Shown in pieces: positions 8,734-16,974 of a DNA stretch of 31,175 nt. The notes under the pieces were generated by a model. The model did not search any database. It was not told where the DNA came from and saw only the letters and a program-made list of their open reading frames with translations. The stretch lies in IMG/VR virus record IMGVR_UViG_2565956711_000006, positions 1 to 31,175 of that record. One strand, 5' to 3'. Each line of letters starts with the position of its first letter. Positions within the stretch are counted from its first letter, which is position 1. Made by a program: the position numbers and the translations under genes. Origin of the DNA: a virus (Duplodnaviria; Heunggongvirae; Uroviricota; Caudoviricetes).

Positions 8734-9307
8734 CATCCGGCGCGGTGCTGGTATCTGTTGCCGTCACCGCGTCAATGTAATTCAGCACAGCGTTAAGTCG
8801 GGTGTTTTCTGTCTGCATCAGCTTCCGCCCGGCCTGTAATTTCAGTTGAATCAGACTAATGGAAGCCATTGCAGTATCAATCAGTGACTGACGCTGTGCT
8901 TCTGCCGCGCCTACTGCGGCGCTATGCTGTGCCTCGGTATCCGTCACCCATTTCTCACCATCCCATTCATCGTATGGCGTTAATGGGGCGATAGTGGTTG
9001 TATTTTCAGGGTAATCACCCGGAACTGTGATTTCTTTGGTATCTCCCGTTTCGGTACTATAGACAACTTCACCGCGATGGTCTGGCACATATTCCCATGA
9101 ATTTAAATCTACAGAGCGACAGATTGCATAACCAGCTTTATGTGTACCTGGTGCATCCAGACAGGAACATGCCGGGATACCGACGCCGACAGCGAGATAT
9201 TCAGTTGATGTAGAAATATATTCCCGCGTTTCGCCATCATAGTTATGTACGATGATTTCCCCATCATTTAAAGCGTAACCGTCTTTTCCCAAAATAGCCT
9301 GTTCCAT
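8705..9307 (-). CDS. G: tail-fibre assembly chaperone gpG (expressed orientation)
   Basis: 200-aa ORF starting immediately after the H stop; conserved Tfa C-terminal motif. Confidence 0.85.
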   Translation of the reverse strand: MEQAILGKDGYALNDGEIIVHNYDGETREYISTSTEYLAVGVGIPACSCLDAPGTHKAGYAICRSVDLNSWEYVPDHRGEVVYSTETGDTKEITVPGDYPENTTTIAPLTPYDEWDGEKWVTDTEAQHSAAVGAAEAQRQSLIDTAMASISLIQLKLQAGRKLMQTENTRLNAVLNYIDAVTATDTSTAPDVIWPELPEA

Positions 9308-10852
9308 TTATGCAGCCCTCACAATGTAGTTAAATGCAATGTTTCGCGGGCTACCATCACCGGCGCCGGAACTGACATGATTGGTTCTATCCATTCGTTT
9401 ACTGTCATTTGTTGTTCCACTCCCATCCTTCCACGAATACAATAACCCGCCATCGCCAATGCTCAACTGCACCGCAAATACGGATGAACCGGATGAATAA
9501 ACATCTCCAGCCATGAGTGGGTTCCCTGTCCATCCATGCATTTCATGGTTATGTTCAAGGATAGATGCTGCCTGACTTGAAAGCAGCAGTCTCGCGGAAT
9601 CAACACCTCGCCCATCATCCCACCCGCGAATAAACTCACCGCGCAAATCCGGTAATTTTAACTTTGGGTAAGCCTTTGCCAGTTTTGGGTACTCTTCGGC
9701 AGAAAAAGGTGCACCGTTGCATTTCAGCCAGCCTGTTGGTGGTGTGGCTGAAGGCCACGGAACAGGCACACCAACGGGTAACGCTGAGCCTTCTCCCAAA
9801 CCAAGGTATTGGAGAATGCCGTTAACTGTCTTTCCCGATAAATCAGTTAAAGTGCTATCAAGCGGCTGCTTACCCGCCAGCGCATTCGTTACAGTGGTGG
9901 CAAAGTTTGGATCATTTCCCAGCGCTGCCGCCAATTCATTCAGCGTGTCCAGTGCAGCCGGGGATGATGCTACCAGTGCAGCAATTGCTGATTTCACAAA
10001 TTCCGTTGTGGCAATCTGCGTATTATTCACTGTCTGCGCCGCAGTAGGTGCGGTGGGTGTTCCGGTCATAGCTGGGCTTGCCAGCGGAGCTTTCAACGCA
10101 AGAGCGTTGTTAATGGTTGCACTGAAATTAGGATCATTGTTGATTGCAGTAGCAATTTCTTTCAGTGTATCCAACGTGGCGGGCGCACCTCCAATCACAG
10201 CAACCAACGCCGCCTGAACAAATGCGGTATTCGCCAGCTGTGTGGAGTTATTACCAGCCGTAGCAGTCGGCGCTGTAGGCGTTCCCGTCAGGGCCGGGCT
10301 TGCCTTTGGTGCATATTGTTTATGAGGGTCTGCCGCTGCGATGTGCGCCGCCAGTTGCTGATCTACGAAGGCTTTAACCTGGATTATCTGGTCATCAACA
10401 TACTGACGAGTCGCCAGTACTACCGAAGGGTCAATTTTCAGCGTCACGGCGGCGGTGCTGCTGACAATCAGGATCATGCGTACAACCTGTACGCGCCCGC
10501 TTCCCTCCTGTAACTGCGGCTTATACGTTTCCGCACAGTTGGCTACGGCAATCATATCGCCGTCTTTATCGAATAAACCGATTTCACGGATCCACCACCC
10601 GCCCTCGTCTTCAGGTATCACCTGCTCGGCAATAATCTGGTTGGCGTTATTCGGGTCAATGCTCAGACTATTAAGCGGCTTGCGGCGCAGCTCATGAACC
10701 AGCGCCGTTTGTGCCGGGTTCGGCGTCGGCAACACGCCGTTACCATCGCCTACAGCCATCTTGGTGATTTCAACCTGCGCACCCAATGCCGTGGCATTTG
10801 CCAGTTTCGCCGCGCCCACATTGGTTAGCACGGCATAATATTTAGTCGCCAC
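9308..10852 (-). CDS. H: tail fibre protein gpH (constant N-terminal part plus currently joined variable tip Hv)
   Basis: N-terminal region resembles P2 H (..AVLTNVGAAKLANATALGAQVEITKMAVGDG..); C-terminal tip has tail-collar-like motifs (PWP..GWLKCNGAPFS..LPDLRGEFIRGWDDGRGVD); the track starts at TTG 10873, but GTG at 10852 with GGAG upstream aligns better with the P2 H start. Confidence 0.85.
   Translation of the reverse strand: MATKYYAVLTNVGAAKLANATALGAQVEITKMAVGDGNGVLPTPNPAQTALVHELRRKPLNSLSIDPNNANQIIAEQVIPEDEGGWWIREIGLFDKDGDMIAVANCAETYKPQLQEGSGRVQVVRMILIVSSTAAVTLKIDPSVVLATRQYVDDQIIQVKAFVDQQLAAHIAAADPHKQYAPKASPALTGTPTAPTATAGNNSTQLANTAFVQAALVAVIGGAPATLDTLKEIATAINNDPNFSATINNALALKAPLASPAMTGTPTAPTAAQTVNNTQIATTEFVKSAIAALVASSPAALDTLNELAAALGNDPNFATTVTNALAGKQPLDSTLTDLSGKTVNGILQYLGLGEGSALPVGVPVPWPSATPPTGWLKCNGAPFSAEEYPKLAKAYPKLKLPDLRGEFIRGWDDGRGVDSARLLLSSQAASILEHNHEMHGWTGNPLMAGDVYSSGSSVFAVQLSIGDGGLLYSWKDGSGTTNDSKRMDRTNHVSSGAGDGSPRNIAFNYIVRAA
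9791..9816. repeat. hix/gix-like 26-bp crossover site inside H (right end of invertible segment)
   Basis: ttctcccaaacc aa ggtattggagaa, near-perfect palindrome; encodes ILQYLGLGE in the H frame; resembles remembered hixL/gix sites. Confidence 0.7.
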
Positions 10853-11456
10853 TTGCGATCTCCACGGTGTCAATTAAATGGATTGCCGCCCCGGTGTAAT
10901 CATCACCGCCCACGGCTATGGTTTCAGGAAAATACGGGTACACGGTTAGCGTATCGCCGGAATAACTGCCCGCGCCGATATACAGATCGCCGGTTGTTTG
11001 CAGGTGAAGAGACATTCCCAGCATATGACGGCTGCACGGCTTCACATCGGCGATCAGGCGTTCAAGTTCCTGATAGGTTTCTTCACTAATGCCCTGGTCT
11101 TCCACGCCAATATCCAGCGTGAAGGTGCCCGGTGCGGTGTCGATGTTCCACCACTCGTTAACCCGGATGAAGAAGCCGAACGGCTCCACAACCCGGCGCA
11201 TGGCGCCCGTTGTACCCTTGTACTTATGCAGGTAAAACGCATCGGCCACCGCCTTTCGTTTTGTGTTTATCGGCCAGGCCTCATCCCAGCGATCAACGGA
11301 GAAGGCCCACGCCAGATAGGGCAACAGATCAGCCCGACACGTCCACGGGTTCCACAACTGGCGCAGCGGCACGGGCACTTCACCCAACGACGCACAGACG
11401 CGCGCGGCGACGCGCTCCATTCGGCTGGCGCTGGGTGGTAACAGGTCATTACTCAT
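10842..11456 (-). CDS. I: baseplate assembly protein gpI
   Basis: ORF after J; ATG at 11456 (MSNDLLPP...) overlaps the J stop; position and size fit P2 I. Confidence 0.8.
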   Translation of the reverse strand: MSNDLLPPSASRMERVAARVCASLGEVPVPLRQLWNPWTCRADLLPYLAWAFSVDRWDEAWPINTKRKAVADAFYLHKYKGTTGAMRRVVEPFGFFIRVNEWWNIDTAPGTFTLDIGVEDQGISEETYQELERLIADVKPCSRHMLGMSLHLQTTGDLYIGAGSYSGDTLTVYPYFPETIAVGGDDYTGAAIHLIDTVEIASGD

Positions 11457-12360
11457 CGTAACCACCCACCGTTATGGTGTATTCGGTGCAGTGCGATGCC
11501 TGGTAGTCACTCAGCACAATATCCGCAACAGGCTGCGCCAGTTCCACGCGCTGGACGCCTTCGACGTGCAGGGCGGCGTAGATAGCTGAAAGACGGATAT
11601 CGCGCCCTAAGCGATTCTGCGCGGCAATATACGCCTGTAACTGCTGTTCCGATGCCTGCCGGACGGGTTCAGCTTCCGGCCCCGGATAGATGTAAAGCGT
11701 TGCATCAATCTGATACGGCACGATCTCCGCAGACTGCACCGTTACCCTGTCGGCCACCGGGCGCACTTCTTCATCGTTCAGGGCAGCAGCGACCACGGAA
11801 AGCAGATCATCGCTGGCCGTTCCGTCACCTTCGCGCGACAGCACCGAAATGGTGACGCAGGCAGGCGTAGGACTCACCGCCGAAATATCAGCTACGCGCC
11901 CGTCTGCTGAACGCCCCCAAAATTCATACGCCGCAGTTGGCCCGGCCACGCTCAGACCTTCAAAAGCCTGCTGGGTACGCGTGCGTAAATCTGGGTCTGA
12001 CTCCATCACGGCTTCAATTGGCGGTGTAACGCTGTCGTCTTCTTCCTGAATGGTCAGACGTTCAACGTTGAAATTGACCGCCAGATTATCCAGATCGCTA
12101 TCCGTGGAATAAGCCAGCATCACCGCGCGGGCTGCTTCATTCACCCGCTGGCGCAACAGCAATTCGCGATAGCAATTCTCTTCCAGCAGCATGGTGATCG
12201 GCTCCGATTCAAGCTCAAGCGTGCGGGCGATCTCTTCCTGCTCGTCTTCCGGGTACATCGCAATAAATGCCGCCTTGCGCTGCGCGAAAAGCGTTTCGAA
12301 GTCCAGCGGTTCAACCACCACGGGCGGCGGTAGCTGCGATAAATCGATCGTGCCGCTCAT
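11449..12360 (-). CDS. J: baseplate assembly protein gpJ
   Basis: 303-aa ORF MSGTIDLSQLPPPVVVEPLDFETLFAQRKAAF...; ATGA overlap with W stop. Confidence 0.88.
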   Translation of the reverse strand: MSGTIDLSQLPPPVVVEPLDFETLFAQRKAAFIAMYPEDEQEEIARTLELESEPITMLLEENCYRELLLRQRVNEAARAVMLAYSTDSDLDNLAVNFNVERLTIQEEDDSVTPPIEAVMESDPDLRTRTQQAFEGLSVAGPTAAYEFWGRSADGRVADISAVSPTPACVTISVLSREGDGTASDDLLSVVAAALNDEEVRPVADRVTVQSAEIVPYQIDATLYIYPGPEAEPVRQASEQQLQAYIAAQNRLGRDIRLSAIYAALHVEGVQRVELAQPVADIVLSDYQASHCTEYTITVGGYDE

Positions 12361-12719
12361 GCCTGGCCCCTCAATGTAATATCAGCGTTAAATGGCGTCT
12401 GATTGTCGGTGCGATTGGCCTGGATAGTGGCAACCAGCCGACCGGCACCCGGCGCGCTCAGGGTGATACTGGTCAGAGAGATCCGCGGTTCCCATAAATA
12501 CAGGGCGCTGTAGATGGCAGACATAACGCGCAGCTTCGTTATGGCGTTATCGACCGGCTGATCTATCAGGTTGAAAAGCTGTGAACCGTAAGCGCGGCGC
12601 ATTACACGGGAACCGATCGGCGTTAACAGAATATCGCCGATAGACTGCGCTATATGCTCGTTGTCGGTGATGGCATGGCCTGAACTGGCATTCATGCCGC
12701 TGTAACGGACTGTACTCAT
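12357..12719 (-). CDS. W: baseplate protein gpW
   Basis: 120-aa ORF, ATGA overlap with V stop; W-like position and size. Confidence 0.82.
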   Translation of the reverse strand: MSTVRYSGMNASSGHAITDNEHIAQSIGDILLTPIGSRVMRRAYGSQLFNLIDQPVDNAITKLRVMSAIYSALYLWEPRISLTSITLSAPGAGRLVATIQANRTDNQTPFNADITLRGQA

Positions 12720-13345
12720 ACCGGGCCACCTGTATTACTACCACCGGACTGGACGCCGCTATGTTTGTGAGAATGGACAACGACACCATTAGACGAAAGC
12801 GATCCACCTGAATGGGTAATATTGCCCTTCATTTCCCCGCCCTTTTGCACTTCCAGCGTGGCGGTGATCAGCTTGTTGGTGCAGACCACTTCCGGCGTGT
12901 CCAGGGTAACGCGCGTATCTGCCTTGACCGTTACCACCGGCACGGTGGCGGTAATGGATTCCGACGCGGTGACGCTTGCCGTTTTCACCCCGCTGACAAC
13001 CAGCGCGCTGGCCTCCGGGTCATATGAGATACGGGCGCCATCCGGGTGCAGGATCACGCAGGTGGTAGCGCCAGCATCTGGCGGCGGTGCGTCTTCGCTG
13101 TAAAGGCTTCCGGCAATGAATGCCGTTTCCATCTCACCGCAGGGGCACAAAATATAAACCTGTTCGCCCACTGTCGGCGCCCACCACGTCACGGCTTCAC
13201 CGGCGCGCGGCACTGCCCAGCGGATCCAGTCGGTTTTGTTCTCGCCGGTTTCGACGCGTGCAAGATACTTTTTCGTGTCCACTTCCAGCACGGTGCCAAT
13301 GCGGGCGAGATTGCAGATAAGGCGATAGAGTTCGTTTAAATTCAT
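12716..13345 (-). CDS. V: baseplate spike/central hub protein gpV
   Basis: 209-aa ORF MNLNELYRLICNLARIGTVLEVD...; first gene of V-W-J-I-H-G operon. Confidence 0.85.
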   Translation of the reverse strand: MNLNELYRLICNLARIGTVLEVDTKKYLARVETGENKTDWIRWAVPRAGEAVTWWAPTVGEQVYILCPCGEMETAFIAGSLYSEDAPPPDAGATTCVILHPDGARISYDPEASALVVSGVKTASVTASESITATVPVVTVKADTRVTLDTPEVVCTNKLITATLEVQKGGEMKGNITHSGGSLSSNGVVVHSHKHSGVQSGGSNTGGPV

Positions 13346-13483
13346 AGTGCTGACTGTTTCCCGTGGTGCCGGTTACGCTGTCCGGCGTCGCTTCCGCCCG
13401 GTAGCAGGCTTTACGACCGTTTCGGCTTTTGGGTTATGCAGTCAGTATCAGGAGTCGCGCGCGCGCAAACAACGCGGCGCCAT

Positions 13484-13501
13484 TGTGGCAGGTTGGTGAC
13501 A
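13484..13501. promoter_or_regulatory. TGT-N12-ACA dyad, candidate Ogr box for the V-operon late promoter
   Basis: tgt ggcaggttggtg aca; 20 of 22 nt identical to the FI-proximal element (cattgtNgcaggttgNtgacaa); candidate -10 gatact on the minus strand at 13444-13449. Confidence 0.55.
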
Positions 13502-13502
13502 A

Positions 13503-14147
13503 TCAAATCTCTTGCATGAAGGCGACAACAGTATCGGCCAGCCAGTCTAAATCACCCTCGGTCATGCCCAGGAGTTCACGCACCGGGTAGCGTGCACGGG
13601 CACCCGGCACCACGTTATCGACTTCACCGTACTGGTGAACGCTGGCGATTTCGGCGGTATGCCCCTGAAAGCCAACCACTGCCATGCCGCCCGTACCGTA
13701 AGCCTTAAGAAAGCGTGCGGTGCGCAGCTTGCGGAACATCGGATCCTTTCTGGTGCGGTTCTGCTTGGACTGGTTGAGATTGATTTCAATATAGCGCTGG
13801 ATATCGCGCTTATAGAACGTGCGCAGGGCACCGCGATCCACGTCATAGCCGGTGATTGCGCGGTGCTCACCCCTGCCCGTGGTTCGCCAGTTGCGTAACT
13901 CCCTGGCCTCATCATTCCATATGAACTTTATCCCGCCCTGGGTGCGCAGGATTTTGCGGCGGCGGGCCGGATAGCTTTCACCGCTGGGGTTCTTCTGGCT
14001 GGCGATACGCTTTTGCTGGCGCTTACGCAGCCCGATCGCAACGTCGCGCGTCAGCTTGCGACGGTGCCCCGGCGAAAGCTGCGCGGCCACGCTGGCTAGC
14101 CAGTCGTCTAACTGCTGGAAGAGGGGATCGGTTTGTTGTCCTGCCAT
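13503..14147 (-). CDS. S: tail completion / virion morphogenesis protein (gpS-like)
   Basis: 214-aa ORF in the P2 S position between R and V; assignment by position and general resemblance, not a firm match. Confidence 0.65.
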   Translation of the reverse strand: MAGQQTDPLFQQLDDWLASVAAQLSPGHRRKLTRDVAIGLRKRQQKRIASQKNPSGESYPARRRKILRTQGGIKFIWNDEARELRNWRTTGRGEHRAITGYDVDRGALRTFYKRDIQRYIEINLNQSKQNRTRKDPMFRKLRTARFLKAYGTGGMAVVGFQGHTAEIASVHQYGEVDNVVPGARARYPVRELLGMTEGDLDWLADTVVAFMQEI

Positions 14148-14602
14148 GTTTCGCCGCTGACCTCATCAACAAATACCAGTGACCACGCGCCAATTTCTGG
14201 CCCCGGTGCAGGGTCAGCACGGTGACGGGTGACGATCTCGCCATCTTCACGGGTAACTATCACTGCTTCATCAGCCTGAATCTGGATCAGCACGTCCATC
14301 GTGCTGTTACTCAGAATATCGGCTTCAAATGTTATGCCGTTCTGCTGCCTGTCCGGGTTAAACAACAGATCAGGCTGATATAAGCGCGCCCATGCCAGCA
14401 CCGGCACGCTGATAGTATCCAGAGATTCAGGGTAATCCATCACCAGCACTTCCAGCGTATAGCGGTACTCAAACGCAGCAGCACGCTGGCCGGTGCTGAC
14501 CATACGACCTTTTCGCAGATAAACAGCCAGATTATCGGGATTCTCACGCAGCCAGGGCACATGCTGGCTTATCATCTGGCGCAGTAAATCGGGTTTAAGC
14601 AT
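14108..14602 (-). CDS. R: tail completion protein (gpR-like)
   Basis: 164-aa ORF in the P2 R position downstream of the lysis genes. Confidence 0.65.
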   Translation of the reverse strand: MLKPDLLRQMISQHVPWLRENPDNLAVYLRKGRMVSTGQRAAAFEYRYTLEVLVMDYPESLDTISVPVLAWARLYQPDLLFNPDRQQNGITFEADILSNSTMDVLIQIQADEAVIVTREDGEIVTRHRADPAPGPEIGAWSLVFVDEVSGETWQDNKPIPSSSS

Positions 14603-14606
14603 GGCA

Positions 14607-14789
14607 CTAACCCACTTTCGGCAATACTTCTACGCTAATAATCTGACAAATACGCTGCCTTGCCGCTTCGGCAACTTCCTGTCTTAATTCAGCGGTAAAT
14701 GGCCTGTCTGCATATTCGATCATGAGTTCAGCGTGAATACCGTTTAACTCTTCTTGCGTTGGACGACGAACACACAAAATAAAATCCAT
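14607..14789 (-). CDS. hypothetical small protein translationally coupled to the spanin gene
   Basis: 60-aa ORF; its ATG overlaps the i-spanin stop (TAATG); no family recognised. Confidence 0.45.
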   Translation of the reverse strand: MDFILCVRRPTQEELNGIHAELMIEYADRPFTAELRQEVAEAARQRICQIISVEVLPKVG

Positions 14790-15313
14790 TATTTCCCCCT
14801 GCTAATTGAATAATAAGCAGCTTCACAGGCTAACCCTCTGGCTCTTGCCTCGTCAGCATCTTTTGCCAGTTGTCCCGCTCGATCGTCAGCGCGGCGGAAC
14901 AGGTCGGCGAGCAGTACGGCGCCGCTGGTTTCTGCCTCGCTTCTGCCGGGAGTTCCGGCACCGCAGGCGCGTTCACGGTCTGCCAGTCGCCTGGCGAGTT
15001 TGTCGGCCCTGTCGTGCAGCCCACGAGAAGCAGCACGGGCACGATCGGCATCAGCCTGTACGCCAGCAAGCTGCTGGCTGGCTTGTTTTCTGATCGCATC
15101 AATTTCACCTTGTCGGCGTTGTTCTTCTGCCCTGGCCTCAGCCTGCCTTTGCGCCAGCGCGGTGGCGTCGCGTGCATCACGTTGCGCCCACTCTCCACGC
15201 CAGTGCTGATCGGCATCACCATAACCGGCGCTGTAACGCCAGTGGCTAAAACCCCAAACAGCAGCAGCGGCCAGCACAAGACAAACGATCACTTTCCAGC
15301 GTGACAACCCCAT
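14789..15313 (-). CDS. i-spanin (Rz/LysB-like)
   Basis: 174 aa; N-terminal TM helix (WKVIVCLVLAAAAVW) then Arg/Ala/Gln-rich coiled-coil; SD GAGAGG upstream. Confidence 0.8.
   Translation of the reverse strand: MGLSRWKVIVCLVLAAAAVWGFSHWRYSAGYGDADQHWRGEWAQRDARDATALAQRQAEARAEEQRRQGEIDAIRKQASQQLAGVQADADRARAASRGLHDRADKLARRLADRERACGAGTPGRSEAETSGAVLLADLFRRADDRAGQLAKDADEARARGLACEAAYYSISRGK
14830..15051 (-). CDS. o-spanin (Rz1-like lipoprotein) fully embedded in the i-spanin gene in another frame
   Basis: MPIVPVLLLVGC lipobox-like signal then Pro-rich periplasmic segment; start could instead be the upstream MRSENK Met (15099). Confidence 0.65.
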   Translation of the reverse strand: MPIVPVLLLVGCTTGPTNSPGDWQTVNAPAVPELPAEARQKPAAPYCSPTCSAALTIERDNWQKMLTRQEPEG

Positions 15314-15413
15314 CTCTAAACCTCTCGCCAGCTCGCACTGTCATTACCGGACGTGCTGGAGCACTGTCAAAAATGACCGCGCTCGATACGCACGGCCAGC
15401 ACAGTTAAAAATG

Positions 15414-15854
15414 TCAGGCCAGAAATAACGTGCGCTCGGCTTCCCGGCGCTTAACCAGACCCGTCAACACCTTGCCGCCTGCTTTATTCCATTTCGGAAA
15501 CTCAGCCGCAGCCCCGGCAAAATCGCCAGCATTCAGTTTTTTCAGCAGTGTGGAACCTTCCAGCGCCTTTACGCCCAGGTTGTAGGCAAAATCAACCAGC
15601 GCATCGAACTGATTTTGATTGATAGTGACTTTAACCAGCCCCGTAACGCCTTTTTCATACTGCACCAGACCGCTACGCAACAGGCTATCGGCAGTTTCCT
15701 GCGTGATGGTCATGCCCTTGCCAACCGGCACGCCGTTGACGGGTTGAGTCCATCCATAACCGATCGTCCAGACGCCTACAGAATCCTGATAAGCGGCCAG
15801 CCTGCACCCTTCAAAGCCTTTCAGCATGTTGATGCCGTTATTGCTCATCTCCAC
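15414..15854 (-). CDS. endolysin, T4/P22-type lysozyme
   Basis: 146 aa; MEMSNNGINMLKGFEGCRLAAYQDSVGVWTIGYGWT... closely parallels remembered P22 gp19 lysozyme with the catalytic E-8aa-D-5aa-T pattern. Confidence 0.88.
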   Translation of the reverse strand: MEMSNNGINMLKGFEGCRLAAYQDSVGVWTIGYGWTQPVNGVPVGKGMTITQETADSLLRSGLVQYEKGVTGLVKVTINQNQFDALVDFAYNLGVKALEGSTLLKKLNAGDFAGAAAEFPKWNKAGGKVLTGLVKRREAERTLFLA

Positions 15855-16173
15855 CTTTCATCCCTCCGATTCGGTTTTCGATAAACCCGGTAACTTTGTT
15901 GCGGACTTTATCCGCTCCCATAAATCCGATTGAGGCGCCCACGAACGTTACTGCGTTGGACGGAAGCCCCAGATATTCCAGCGAACCGGCCACAGCAAGC
16001 GTGACAATCCCACATACCAGCGATCCGGTGGCGGTTTTAAGCAAAGACTGCCCATCGTAAAGGCTCATTAGCGCCGAAATACTCAGCGCCGCACCAGCCG
16101 CAAACAGTGTCGGCAGACAAGTAGCGATCCATTTCATTGTTTGTTCGAGTAATCCCGGTGGTGTGTCGTGCAT
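15838..16173 (-). CDS. holin, lambda S-like class I
   Basis: Start taken at internal ATG 16173 (MHDTPPGLLEQTMKWIA...) with SD AAGGGGGAGGG upstream; three hydrophobic segments and charged C-terminal tail; the track's longer N-terminus has no SD. Confidence 0.78.
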   Translation of the reverse strand: MHDTPPGLLEQTMKWIATCLPTLFAAGAALSISALMSLYDGQSLLKTATGSLVCGIVTLAVAGSLEYLGLPSNAVTFVGASIGFMGADKVRNKVTGFIENRIGGMKGGDEQ

Positions 16174-16183
16174 ACCCTCCCCC

Positions 16184-16384
16184 TTAATCCCATAGCTGCA
16201 CGGTTTCCCGCTGGGCTGGCGGCTGGATCTCTGGCAGGTAGACAATCTGCCCGGCCTGCAACTCAGTGGCGGCGGAAATGCCCTTATTGGCATCGATCAC
16301 CGCCTCGGTAACGCCTGCTGTTCTGCCGTAATAGCGCCAGCAAAGCAGGTCGATCGTGTCGTTTTGCTGCGCCTGAACGTTCAT
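16184..16384 (-). CDS. X: tail protein X (gpX-like)
   Basis: 66-aa ORF between L and the holin, as in the P2 L-X-holin order; ATGA overlap with L stop. Confidence 0.75.
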   Translation of the reverse strand: MNVQAQQNDTIDLLCWRYYGRTAGVTEAVIDANKGISAATELQAGQIVYLPEIQPPAQRETVQLWD

Positions 16385-16872
16385 TACACCAACTCCGCCA
16401 GGCCCCGGCTTTCGTCCTGGATATCACGGATTGACCAGCGCACATCCCGCCACAGCGTATCGATCTGCGTGCTCAATGCCGCCGCGTGGTCTTCGCCTTT
16501 ACTGGTGGTGTCAATATCGCGGTAGCCTTCAATCAACAGCGCCTTAGTGAGTGAATACACGGCGTTTTTATAGCGCCATACCTTCACGGAAGTGCCATTC
16601 ACCGGACTGGCCGGAATTTCTGCCAATGACTCATAGCCCGCATCAATCTGCACCTGGCGCCACAGGAAAAGCTGATCATTAACATGGGCCACCGCTTCCA
16701 CCGTTCGCGACATCAGGCGATCGGTTGTCACCTGCCCATCAAGACGCATCGCGCGGCGTAGTTCAGCCAGCGAAATGACCGGCCAGAATGGCAGGCTTTC
16801 AACCTTCGCGCCGCCATCATCAGGCACTGGATCGGATGGTGGCCGTACTGGCTCAGTGGCTACCAGACTCAT
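16384..16872 (-). CDS. L: head completion/stabilisation protein gpL
   Basis: Start at ATG 16872 (MSLVATEPV...) with GGAG upstream; 162 aa; position after M. Confidence 0.8.
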   Translation of the reverse strand: MSLVATEPVRPPSDPVPDDGGAKVESLPFWPVISLAELRRAMRLDGQVTTDRLMSRTVEAVAHVNDQLFLWRQVQIDAGYESLAEIPASPVNGTSVKVWRYKNAVYSLTKALLIEGYRDIDTTSKGEDHAAALSTQIDTLWRDVRWSIRDIQDESRGLAELV

Positions 16873-16974
16873 GATCTCTACTCCGTATAAGTCAGGCGGT
16901 GGACGGCAGGACGAAGACGCGGCGTTGCCTGTTTTCGCCTGCCGTGCCGCCTGGGTGCGCGGGGGCACGTTCGG

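Larger units (their letters stand above)
7956..9804. mobile_element. invertible tail-fibre segment (G-segment / C-segment-like), about 1.85 kb
   Basis: Bounded by 14-bp inverted repeats ttctcccaaaccaa; contains fibre-tip plus chaperone in both orientations (Hv-G on minus, G'-Hv' on plus); flipping keeps the H frame open across the junction. Confidence 0.7.

Noticed and set aside
9308-10873. ORF-track start of H at TTG 10873, and the longer track starts for L (16968), holin (16293), O (20275), the 238-aa gene (23872), TerB-like (28278), cox (29341) and C (29766)
   Set aside because: In each case an internal start has a much better SD and, where I can recall it, a better match to the P2-family N-terminus; the longer versions also overlap the upstream gene extensively.
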